A DNA stretch of 64,000 nt from an uncultured bacterium (GTDB taxonomy: Bacteria > Actinomycetota > Thermoleophilia > Solirubrobacterales > 70-9). This document shows positions 45,893-53,148 of this stretch, piece by piece (the stretch's first letter is position 1; each line of letters starts with the position of its first letter). The translations under genes were made by a program, and so were the position numbers. The stretch is from assembly GCA_963720685.1 (NCBI GenBank), contig CAVRGF010000008.1, positions 89 through 64,088 of the forward strand, read 5' to 3'. Under the pieces are notes generated by a model that had not been told where the DNA came from, did not search any database, and saw only the letters and a program-made list of their open reading frames with translations.

Positions 45893-45898
45893 GGGGCC

Positions 45899-46861
45899 TC
45901 ACTTTCCTCCCTCGATCCGCCGGTAATGGTCGCGCCAGATCAGTCGGTGGACGCCAAGGTGGCGCGGGAGGCTTCGAAGTCCGGGAATGAAGGGGACGCA
46001 GATGAAGGCGAGGCTCAGCACCATCATCAACACCCAGATCTGGGCGTCGGCGTTTTCGGAGGTGTTGAAGGGAGAGATCTGATACCAGAAGGTGTAGAGC
46101 CACAGCCATACCTGTCCCGGATAGCTTCCGGTCTCATTCATCATTCCCCACTGGTCTCCCAGCAGGTGCTGAGCCTCGGCGCGGGACTCGAAGTACCCGC
46201 CGCCGGAAAGGAACAGGAGCGGCTTGGTGAAGTTCGTCTGGTAGAACTGGCTCGACGTCAGCAGCGCCCCGTCGAGGCCGCCGCTCTCCGCGAGCCCGGC
46301 GAGGGAGCTCATGATCGGCGCCACGGGCCCATAGGGGCCGGGGGGCAGGACCGGGAGCCCATCCGGGTAGCGCGCCTTCTCGAGCCCAGCCGTGTAAGCG
46401 TTGGTCCACCGCGATTGGAGCCTCGGCGGGGCGGCCTGATAGGCGGCCAGGGCCCGCTTCAGTCGCACGTTGCCGGGGATGCTGTGCAGCGGATCGAGCA
46501 CGAAGTCGCGCGCCGTGTCGATCCGATAGTGCACTCCCGGCCAGCGTTGCGTGGGGACCCCGAGGACCTTCTGTCCAGCACCAGGGGTGTCGTTGTAGGG
46601 CGGGCCGTAGGTTGCGACCTCGCTCGTCCCGTCGAGCTCCGTGACCGCGGTTGCCACGAAATCGCCCGGGTCGGCTTGGGCCCAGCTCTGGATCGTGATC
46701 GGCGGATCGTCGGGAGATGAGAACAGCACCGCCAGGACCACCGTCAAAGCCGTGATCGCCGCCAGCGCGACGACGAACTCCTTGATCAGGTCGTAGCGGA
46801 CGTAGTCGCCCCGCCACTCGCGTTCATCGGAGGCCGGGGCCGGTGCGTCGGCCGGGCTCAC
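45899..46861 (-). CDS. Membrane protein co-translated with cytochrome b (N-terminal TM, ~220-aa external domain, C-terminal TM pair)
   Basis: GTG overlaps the cyt b TGA (GTGA). 320 aa. TM FVVALAAITALTVVLAVLF, then C-terminal ..YPGQVWLWLYTFWYQISPF.. and IWVLMMVLSLAFICVPFIPGL. It may stand in for the subunit-IV/cyt b C-terminal part, but this was not recognised with confidence. Confidence 0.5.
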   Translation of the reverse strand: MSPADAPAPASDEREWRGDYVRYDLIKEFVVALAAITALTVVLAVLFSSPDDPPITIQSWAQADPGDFVATAVTELDGTSEVATYGPPYNDTPGAGQKVLGVPTQRWPGVHYRIDTARDFVLDPLHSIPGNVRLKRALAAYQAAPPRLQSRWTNAYTAGLEKARYPDGLPVLPPGPYGPVAPIMSSLAGLAESGGLDGALLTSSQFYQTNFTKPLLFLSGGGYFESRAEAQHLLGDQWGMMNETGSYPGQVWLWLYTFWYQISPFNTSENADAQIWVLMMVLSLAFICVPFIPGLRSLPRHLGVHRLIWRDHYRRIEGGK

Positions 46862-47514
46862 GATGGATCACCGCTTTCGGCGGCGGCCCTGGCCCTGGCC
46901 TGGGAACGAGCCGGATATGGCGGTACGACCCCGTGACTGCGAACCAGCAGGACGTGAGCAACGACCAAGGCGACCACGACGGTGGGGAGCAGGATGACGT
47001 GGAAGGTGTACATCTGCCCGAAGTCGGCGACGTTGAAGTAGGCGCCGATTCCGACCGCGTTGAGCCCGTCCTTGCCCTCGCTCGCTATCCACTGCGCGTC
47101 GAAGTTCTGCTGCGAGAGATAGCCGGTGAACGCTGTTCCAATCGCGACCAGGAACACGACCGCCCCCGTGACCCAGGTTCGGGCGCGTCCCCCCCGCCAG
47201 GCGCCCATGAAGAACTTTCCCCACAGGTGTACGACCATGACGAAGAAGAAGAGCTCCACGGACCACAGGTGCACGCTGTTGAAGAACCGCCCGACGCCGG
47301 ACACGTGCCACCAGGCTGGGCCCTTGAGGCCGAGGATCACACCCGAGGCCACGACCACGATCAGCGCCGCGATCGTGGCGACGCCGAACACGTAGATCCA
47401 GGAGGAGACGTAGCTGGGCTGCCGGTCGGGGAGCAGCTTCTCGGGCGGAAGGGCGCCGACGGCCCGCTCTCGCACCCATTCCGTCCACATCTGGGACTCG
47501 CGCTGATCGCTCAC
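46858..47514 (-). CDS. Cytochrome b/b6 N-terminal-domain protein (four-helix, dihaem)
   Basis: I prefer GTG 47514 (GTGA overlap with the upstream small ORF); the alternative is ATG 47490. Helix B HLWSVELFFFVMVVH (H-x13-H), helix D HVILLPTVVVALVVAH (H-x14-H, b6-type spacing), TGYLL-like FTGYLS. Confidence 0.8.
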   Translation of the reverse strand: MSDQRESQMWTEWVRERAVGALPPEKLLPDRQPSYVSSWIYVFGVATIAALIVVVASGVILGLKGPAWWHVSGVGRFFNSVHLWSVELFFFVMVVHLWGKFFMGAWRGGRARTWVTGAVVFLVAIGTAFTGYLSQQNFDAQWIASEGKDGLNAVGIGAYFNVADFGQMYTFHVILLPTVVVALVVAHVLLVRSHGVVPPYPARSQARARAAAESGDPS

Positions 47515-47708
47515 GGCCGACCACCCCGGTGCGGGAACGGCAGCAGGATCGCCGCCACGAAGACGGCGACCATCAGCAGGATCACGACGATGTTCGCCAC
47601 CGACATCTGGAAGAAGTGCCAGTGCACGTAGTGGGCGGGACCGTTGAGGTCGAAGACCGCCGGCGCTGGGAGCCACCGTAGACGGCCTCCGGTGATCACG
47701 AGTGGCAC
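47511..47708 (-). CDS. Small single-TM protein preceding cytochrome b
   Basis: 65 aa, GTG start. ..HYVHWHFFQMSVANIVVILLMVAVFVAAILLPFP. The stop overlaps the cyt b start. The coding call rests mainly on this coupling. Confidence 0.45.
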   Translation of the reverse strand: MPLVITGGRLRWLPAPAVFDLNGPAHYVHWHFFQMSVANIVVILLMVAVFVAAILLPFPHRGGRP

Positions 47709-47890
47709 CGACCGCTAGGCACGGGGAGGCGGTTCCTGGGCTGATCGCCGTGAATCTCGTGCATGGTGCCCGATCCTCATCGCCCTACGATCCTCCGCCA
47801 TCCGGACAGATCCGCGGAGTCGGTGCGGGTAACTACGGTGCCAGCACGGGGTGACGCCAATCGACGCTCGCCATGCTGCCCGAGGAGCAT

Positions 47891-47920
47891 CGTCTCGGGT
47901 CGCACGCTCGGCCCGAGACG
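47891..47920 (-). terminator. Hairpin just downstream of ferredoxin B (end of cluster B operon)
   Basis: cgtctcggg (47891-47899) is perfectly complementary to cccgagacg (47912-47920) with a 12-nt loop. It lies 11 nt after the stop at 47931. No U-tract. Confidence 0.45.
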
Positions 47921-47930
47921 ACCCCGTCGC

Positions 47931-48137
47931 TCACGGGAACACCGTCTCCCCGGTCTCGGAGTCGGTGACCGTGATCGCCAGCGAGGGGCAGGCTCTGGCC
48001 GCTTCGAGGATCAGCTCGTCAGGTCCCGCGCCGATCACTATCGCCGTGTCGTCGAGCTCGAAGACCTCAGGGGCGATGTCGACGCAGTCGCCGTGGGCGC
48101 TGCAGGCGCCCGGATCGATCGTGGGCAGGTATCTCAT
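47931..48137 (-). CDS. Small ferredoxin (single-cluster, Fer4_15-like), copy B
   Basis: Starting at ATG 48137 (ATGA overlap with the reductase stop) gives 68 aa: MRYLPTIDPGACSAHGDCVDIAPE ... AARACPSLAI (CxxHGxC...CP). Confidence 0.8.
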   Translation of the reverse strand: MRYLPTIDPGACSAHGDCVDIAPEVFELDDTAIVIGAGPDELILEAARACPSLAITVTDSETGETVFP

Positions 48138-49318
48138 GGATGGACCTCCTCGGGGTCGTGGTCGGAGTGTGAAAGTTCGATCTCGCGCCGGAGCGCGACC
48201 AGCTCTCGCGGCTGATCGACGACCAGCGCGGCGATGGCCCGCCCTCTCCGCGTGTAGGTGACCCTGAGCTCGCGCCCTTCGCGATCGCATTCGAAGCAGG
48301 CGCGGTCCGCGTGCTCGGCGTGGCCGACGTACTGGATGCGAAGCCCGTATTGGTCGCTCCAAAAGCTCGGCAGCGGGGGTGGCCCCGGATCGTCGCCCAG
48401 CATCGCCTTTGCCGCCGCGGCGCCCTCGCGAGCGGCGGTCTCCCAGTGCTCGGCACGGGTGTGGAGGCCGAACCGCGGGTCGAAGGATCTGGCCACGTCG
48501 CCGGCTGCGAAGACGTTCGGGATCGACGTTCGGCCCGCCGGGTCGGTCAGCACGCCATCCGGCTCGAGCCCGCTGTCGCCAAGCCACTCAGCGGCGGGAA
48601 GGACACCGACGCCGACCACCACCACGTCACAGCCGACACGCCGACCATCCTCGAGCACCAGCTCCTCGACCCGCCCGTTGCCGAGTCCTCCCGCGAGCTT
48701 GGCAGAGAGCAGCACCTGAACCTCCTGGCTGCGATGCAGATCCACCAGCCACCGGCCGACGTTCTCGCCGAGGATGGGCGCGAGGGGTGCGGGGAGCGCC
48801 TCGACGATCGTCACATCGAGGCCCGCTCCGCGTGCCGTCGCCGCCACCTCCTGTCCGATGAATCCGCCTCCCACGATGACCAGGCGCGCTCCGGGCCGCA
48901 GGGCGGCTCGCAGCCGGCGGGCATCGGCGAGGCTTCGCAGGTAGTGGACGTTCGGCCAGCCCTCGAGCGGCGCCAGGCGGCGCGCGGCGCTTCCGGTGGC
49001 GATCAGCAGCTTCTCGTAGCCCAGGGCGGGCCCAGCGTCCAGCTCGAGGCGCCTCTCGGTGGGGTCGAGCCGCGTCGCCGTGTGACCCAGGATCAGATCG
49101 ATCTCATTGTCCTCGTACCAGGCGGGGGGCCGGAGGGTGATCGAGTCCTCATCGACCGCGCCGGCGAGGAGCTCCTTGGAGAGCGGGGGACGGTCGTAGG
49201 GAGGCTCGGGCTCGGCGCAGACGATGCGAACCGCGCCTTCGTATCCGCGGGTCCTGAGCGTCTGCGCGCACCGCTGGGCCGCCAGCCCCCCGCCGACGAT
49301 GACGACGTCGCCACTCAT
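48134..49318 (-). CDS. FAD/NAD(P)H-dependent ferredoxin reductase (putidaredoxin-reductase-like)
   Basis: Starting at ATG 49318 (ATGA overlap with the FRD-B stop) gives 394 aa. VVIVGGGLAAQRCA (FAD GxGxxG), LVIVGGGFIGQEVA (NAD GxGxxG), FAAGDVA, and a C-terminal Reductase_C-like domain. Confidence 0.85.
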   Translation of the reverse strand: MSGDVVIVGGGLAAQRCAQTLRTRGYEGAVRIVCAEPEPPYDRPPLSKELLAGAVDEDSITLRPPAWYEDNEIDLILGHTATRLDPTERRLELDAGPALGYEKLLIATGSAARRLAPLEGWPNVHYLRSLADARRLRAALRPGARLVIVGGGFIGQEVAATARGAGLDVTIVEALPAPLAPILGENVGRWLVDLHRSQEVQVLLSAKLAGGLGNGRVEELVLEDGRRVGCDVVVVGVGVLPAAEWLGDSGLEPDGVLTDPAGRTSIPNVFAAGDVARSFDPRFGLHTRAEHWETAAREGAAAAKAMLGDDPGPPPLPSFWSDQYGLRIQYVGHAEHADRACFECDREGRELRVTYTRRGRAIAALVVDQPRELVALRREIELSHSDHDPEEVHP

Positions 49319-49971
49319 GCCGGGTCCTCGCTGATCGCCGGTTGAGCCGTCTGCATGCCCGGCATCGGGTGATGGCGGGGCGCTCTTGGGATGGGCCGGT
49401 GCGCCGCGGGCCGCGCCGATCGGGCGCGCGCGGATCGCCGCGCGCCGATCATCCGGGCGACGAACAGGACCGCGATCACCGGGACGGTCGCAAACAGCCA
49501 GATGCGCATCCAGGGCGTTGAGGCATCGGTGCCGGCACCGAGCGTGTGGGCAACCGCGAGCCCATAGACCACCACGGTCAGCCTGTGAGCCTGCCGCCAC
49601 AGCCTCGGCCCGATTCGCCGGCGGATGTAGAAGCTGAGCCCGAGGAGGGCCCCCAGGTAGCCGGCGACGATTCCGAGCCCAGTCCAAAGCGGCCGGTACT
49701 GCATCGTGAACGGCACCGTGATCCCAGCGGGGCCCGGGTTGAGCCAGGGATCGCCGAGAAGGGTGACGCCGTGTGCCGCGATCGCCACCAGTGAGGTGAC
49801 CGCGGTCTGTTCGTGGATCGCTGCGAGCACGCGCGGTAGGCCGGGCTTGCGCGCCCAGCGTCCGGCCATCGTCAACCCGAGTCCGACCGAGATGGTGACC
49901 AGCGCCAGCGCAACGATCCCGGAGGCCCGGCTGGCGAGCCACCATGCGTGTTGCGCCAGGTCGGTATTCAC
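49315..49971 (-). CDS. Ferric-reductase-like dihaem transmembrane protein, copy B (minimal, no extra domain)
   Basis: GTG overlaps the ApbE-B TGA (GTGA). 218 aa. HEQTAVTSLVAIAAH (H-x13-H) and HRLTVVVYGLAVAH (H-x12-H). The N-terminus AWWLASRASGIVALALV parallels copy A (AYWYATRGAGIVALLLL). Confidence 0.8.
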   Translation of the reverse strand: MNTDLAQHAWWLASRASGIVALALVTISVGLGLTMAGRWARKPGLPRVLAAIHEQTAVTSLVAIAAHGVTLLGDPWLNPGPAGITVPFTMQYRPLWTGLGIVAGYLGALLGLSFYIRRRIGPRLWRQAHRLTVVVYGLAVAHTLGAGTDASTPWMRIWLFATVPVIAVLFVARMIGARRSARARSARPAAHRPIPRAPRHHPMPGMQTAQPAISEDPA

Positions 49972-50966
49972 GCCGTCGCTCCGGCTCGATCCAGCAGCTC
50001 CCGTGGAACCGTGATCTGAACTCGTCTGTGAGAGTTCAGGGGGCCCAGGAGCTCGACCTCGCCGCTGTCGTGGACGAGGAAGCCTCCAGTCCGCTCGAGG
50101 AACTGGCGGCCTCGCTCGGGCCCCGACAGGAGCGCGGCCTTGGAGAGCGTCTCGGCCTCGAGCGTGGTGTCACCGAGCGCAGTGACCCCGATCAGCCCGG
50201 TCCACGCCGGCTCGCCGGTGGAGGGATCGAGGAGATGGTGGGCGAAGCGGCCATTCTCCTTCTGCCACAGCCTCACGTTCAGGCCTGAGGTCGCGATGCC
50301 CCCCGAGGCGAGCGTCACCACGTGTGCCCTCTCCCCGGTGAGCGGGTTCTCGACCTCGATCTCGAAGGGCCTCACCTCGGTGGCGAAGCCACCGACTCGG
50401 ATGTCCCCTCCGCAGTCGACGACGAAGCGCCCGTAGTCGCCGAGGCGGCGCGCGAGCATGTCAGCTGCCAGCCCCTTGCCGGTCCCGCCGGTGTCGAACG
50501 CGACCCCAGGGGGACGATGGACGATCCCCTCACGATCGTCGACGTGGATCGTTCGCCAAGCGCTCTGGGCCCGCGGCCGGGCGGGCTTGCGCTCCGGCGC
50601 CAGGAGCAGGGCATCCCTCAGAGAGGCGGGGCGAACGCCGGCGCGTGAGTCCGTGTACCCGGCCTGTTCGATCTCGTGGACCAGGGTCGGGTCGACCAGG
50701 CCGCCGCTCAGCCGGGCGGCGTGCAGGCCGGCGTCGACCGCCGCCCTGAGCAGGCTCGACGCTCGAACCCTGGGGCGCGGATCCCCGTTCATCGCACAGA
50801 GCTCGCTGTCGGGACGAAATCGGGACAGCTTGGCATTGAAGTTCTCGATGAAACGCTGCGCCTCGAGAGCCGCGTGTGCGGGATCCGGCGCCCCGGCACG
50901 GGGCTCCTCGATGATCAGCCTGACCTCGCTGCCCATCGCCGCGAAGGTGATGTCGCATCGACTCAT
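49968..50966 (-). CDS. apbE: FAD:protein FMN transferase (ApbE family), copy B
   Basis: Starting at ATG 50966 (ATGA overlap with the upstream stop) gives 332 aa. LSRFRPDSELCAMN, DTGGTGKGLAADM, AHHLLDPSTG. No signal peptide (MSRCDITFAAMGSEVRLII). Confidence 0.85.
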   Translation of the reverse strand: MSRCDITFAAMGSEVRLIIEEPRAGAPDPAHAALEAQRFIENFNAKLSRFRPDSELCAMNGDPRPRVRASSLLRAAVDAGLHAARLSGGLVDPTLVHEIEQAGYTDSRAGVRPASLRDALLLAPERKPARPRAQSAWRTIHVDDREGIVHRPPGVAFDTGGTGKGLAADMLARRLGDYGRFVVDCGGDIRVGGFATEVRPFEIEVENPLTGERAHVVTLASGGIATSGLNVRLWQKENGRFAHHLLDPSTGEPAWTGLIGVTALGDTTLEAETLSKAALLSGPERGRQFLERTGGFLVHDSGEVELLGPLNSHRRVQITVPRELLDRAGATA

Positions 50967-51355
50967 GACGAGGCTGTCACGGGAGCGGGTGCCGGTGCGG
51001 CCGGCGCCGGAGCTGCCGGGGCGGCGACGGTCGAGGAGCCGCCGCCGGTCGACCCGGCCGTCTCGCTCGCGACGGCGATGCTCGACCCGGATGGCCCGGA
51101 CTCGACGACACGGCGGACCACGATCCGGCGATGGATGACCACGGGACGAGGCCGGGCCCCGGGGCGCGCTTCTGCGCCGGCCGTTGTGCCGAGCGCAGGG
51201 TCGTGGCCGGCGCGAAGCTGGAAGGCCAGGAACTCGAACATGACCGCGAAGCAGGCAAGCGAGGCAAGAACCGTCGGCAGCGTGGGGATGCGCCGTGATC
51301 GGGCCCGCCCCGATCCGGGGCCGCCATGGACGGTAGCGCCGGTGGGGTCGGTCAT
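50963..51355 (-). CDS. Small single-pass membrane protein P3 (paralog of P2)
   Basis: 130 aa. MTDPTGATVHGG..RARSRR then TM + motif VLASLACFAVMFEFLAFQLRAGHDPALG. Pro/Ala/Ser-rich tail. Confidence 0.55.
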   Translation of the reverse strand: MTDPTGATVHGGPGSGRARSRRIPTLPTVLASLACFAVMFEFLAFQLRAGHDPALGTTAGAEARPGARPRPVVIHRRIVVRRVVESGPSGSSIAVASETAGSTGGGSSTVAAPAAPAPAAPAPAPVTASS

Positions 51356-51810
51356 CAGACGCCACCCTCGTGCTCGTATCCGTCTTCGCCGGATGTGGAG
51401 CGGAGTCCGGATCCGCCACCACCGCTGCTGCGGGTGGCGATCGCGTGCGAGTGGCGCTGCGCTGGCCGGGCGCCGGCCGCAGGAGCGGGGGCAGTGGAAG
51501 CGACGCTGGCCGAGACGCCGCTTGCGCGCGTAACCAGGCCTCCCGATGACGCGGAGCCCGACTGCGCTCCAGGGCCCGAGCCCGAGCGCACCTGCGCAGT
51601 CAGCGCGCTGCCCCCAATCGCTGGGTCGTGGCCCGATCGAAGCTGGTAGGCGAGCAGCTCGAAGACGACCAGGAAGCCCGCGATCGCGGCGACCGCCGTG
51701 ACCTTGAGGCTCGGCACGCGGCGCCGGCGAGCGCCGCCCGTGGCTGGGCTCGCCCGCCGGGCCGTCGTGCCTGTCCCGTGTTCCGCCTCCGGGAGGACTG
51801 GCTCAGTCAT
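51355..51810 (-). CDS. Small single-pass membrane protein P2 (paralog of P3)
   Basis: Starting at ATG 51810 gives 151 aa. ..ARRRRVPSLKVTAVAAIAGFLVVFELLAYQLRSGHDPAIG. Gly/Ser-rich tail ending ..SGEDGYEHEGGV. The stop shares one nt with the P3 ATG. Confidence 0.55.
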   Translation of the reverse strand: MTEPVLPEAEHGTGTTARRASPATGGARRRRVPSLKVTAVAAIAGFLVVFELLAYQLRSGHDPAIGGSALTAQVRSGSGPGAQSGSASSGGLVTRASGVSASVASTAPAPAAGARPAQRHSHAIATRSSGGGGSGLRSTSGEDGYEHEGGV

Positions 51811-52279
51811 CGCCCCCACCGCCGCCACTCTCGTGCTCGCCGCCACCACCACCGCCGGCTCCGCTCGTGTGGGTGGTGACCGGACCACCGCCGCCACCGC
51901 CACCCCCGCTGCCGCTGGTGTGCGTCGCCACCGGCTGAGATGAGCTCGAGGTCGATGGGGCACCGCTTGACTGCGACACCACCGGGGCGCTCGTCGGCGC
52001 CGGCGCGGGGGACGGCGCCGCGACGGGGGCCGGCGGTGGGGCGGCGCCGGCCGAGGTTCCGCCGGGGGGACCGCTCGCAGCCGCACCGGGCTTGTGCTTC
52101 GGCTTGACATGAACCGTCCGGTGCATCACCTGCGTCTTCACCTTGGGCTTCGGCTTCTGCGTCAAGGCGGCCTGGGTCTGCGTCGCAGACCCGGTGTTGG
52201 AGTTCATCGCGTAGCCGCCGAGCGCTCCCAGCCCGGCCACGCTGGCGAGTGCGGCGATCTTCATTCTCAGGCTGGTCAC
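51803..52279 (-). CDS. Secreted/anchored low-complexity Pro-Ala / Gly-His protein P1 (first gene of cluster B)
   Basis: GTG 52279 lies 8 nt after GGAGGAG. 158 aa: VTSLRMKIAALASVAGLGALGGYA (signal/anchor), a Lys-rich segment, a PAPxP run, then HTSGSGGGGGGGG..HTSGAGGGGGGEHESGGGGGDD. Confidence 0.5.
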   Translation of the reverse strand: MTSLRMKIAALASVAGLGALGGYAMNSNTGSATQTQAALTQKPKPKVKTQVMHRTVHVKPKHKPGAAASGPPGGTSAGAAPPPAPVAAPSPAPAPTSAPVVSQSSGAPSTSSSSQPVATHTSGSGGGGGGGGPVTTHTSGAGGGGGGEHESGGGGGDD

Positions 52280-52352
52280 GTCGTCGTCTCCTCCTTTGGG
52301 AGGTGGCATGGAAATCGTGGCTGCCAGTCTGAGGAGGGCCCGGGAAGCGGAC

Positions 52353-52392
52353 GTCAAGGGCCGGGTTAAGAGTGGGGAAAATGTCGACTTGG
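52353..52392 (+). promoter_or_regulatory. Degenerate fourth copy (S4) of the shared cis element
   Basis: GTCAAGggccgggtTAAGagtgGGGAAAATGTCGACTTGG, between cluster B and response regulator 2. It keeps GTCAAG, TAAG, G.GA.AAT and C.TT, but the spacing differs. Weak. Confidence 0.3.
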
Positions 52393-52405
52393 ACGGTCAG
52401 CCTGG

Positions 52406-53146
52406 GTGAGCCGCCGGTACAGTGATCCGGTGGCCAGTGAGGTGAAAAGCGGCCGCATCCTGTTCGTGGAGGACGAGAATGCGATCTCGGAGCCGTTCTC
52501 ACAGGCCCTGAAGCGGGCCGGCTTCGACCCCGTAGTCGCGAGGACGGCGGCTCAGGCCCTCGACCTCGCCGAGCGCTTCGAGCCCGACCTCGTCCTGCTC
52601 GACCTCCGGTTGCCCGACGGGGATGGGCGCGATGTCTGCCGTCAGCTTCGGCGTGGCTCCGACGTGCCGATCGTGATGCTGACCGCAAGCGGGACCGAGA
52701 CCGACCGCATCATCGGGCTGGAGCTGGGGGCAGACGACTACGTGGTCAAGCCGTTCAGCTCGGGCGAGGTGATCTCGAGGATCCGGGCTGTGTTGCGACG
52801 GGCGGCTTGGCGGGAGCCCGATTCACCCGAGGCGGTCGAGGCCGGCGAGCTGGTGATCGACTTTGCGGCGCGGCGGGCGACCCTGGCCGGCGAGCAACTG
52901 AAGCTTCCGCGCAAGGAGTTCGACCTGCTCGCCGAGCTGGCTCGCCACGCGGGCGAGGTCGTGGGACGCGAGGACCTGATGGCGCGGGTCTGGGACGTCA
53001 ACTGGTTCGGATCGACGAAGACCCTCGACGTCCACATCCGATCGCTTCGAAAGAAGCTCGGCGACGACCCCGCCCACCCCACATACATCGAGACGGTGCG
53101 CGGGGTGGGGTTCCGTTTCATCGCCCCGGAGGTCCAGGCACCGTAA
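52406..53146 (+). CDS. OmpR/PhoB-family response regulator (TCS-2)
   Basis: 246 aa from GTG 52406; later in-frame GTGs are possible. RILFVEDE, DLVLLDLRLPDGDG, and a C-terminal winged helix ..IETVRGVGFRF. Confidence 0.9.
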   Translation: MSRRYSDPVASEVKSGRILFVEDENAISEPFSQALKRAGFDPVVARTAAQALDLAERFEPDLVLLDLRLPDGDGRDVCRQLRRGSDVPIVMLTASGTETDRIIGLELGADDYVVKPFSSGEVISRIRAVLRRAAWREPDSPEAVEAGELVIDFAARRATLAGEQLKLPRKEFDLLAELARHAGEVVGREDLMARVWDVNWFGSTKTLDVHIRSLRKKLGDDPAHPTYIETVRGVGFRFIAPEVQAP

Positions 53147-53148
53147 GC

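Noticed and set aside
47709-47930. Searched the cytochrome b operon upstream region for the shared GTGAGAATGCTCTTAG element.
   Set aside because: Only a poor resemblance was found (cgtgaatctcgtg at about 47749-47761), so it is not reported as a site.
47931-49318. FdR + ferredoxin B as the dedicated redox partners of the two P450s at 28.8-31.7 kb.
   Set aside because: It cannot be excluded. But these genes are translationally coupled to FRD-B/ApbE-B and lie more than 17 kb and several operons away from the P450s, so I treat P450 support as secondary at best.
52487-52498. gagaatgcgatc, matching 8 nt of the GTGAGAATGCTCTTAG core.
   Set aside because: It lies inside the response-regulator-2 CDS (EDENAIS), the match is short and the flanking block is missing.
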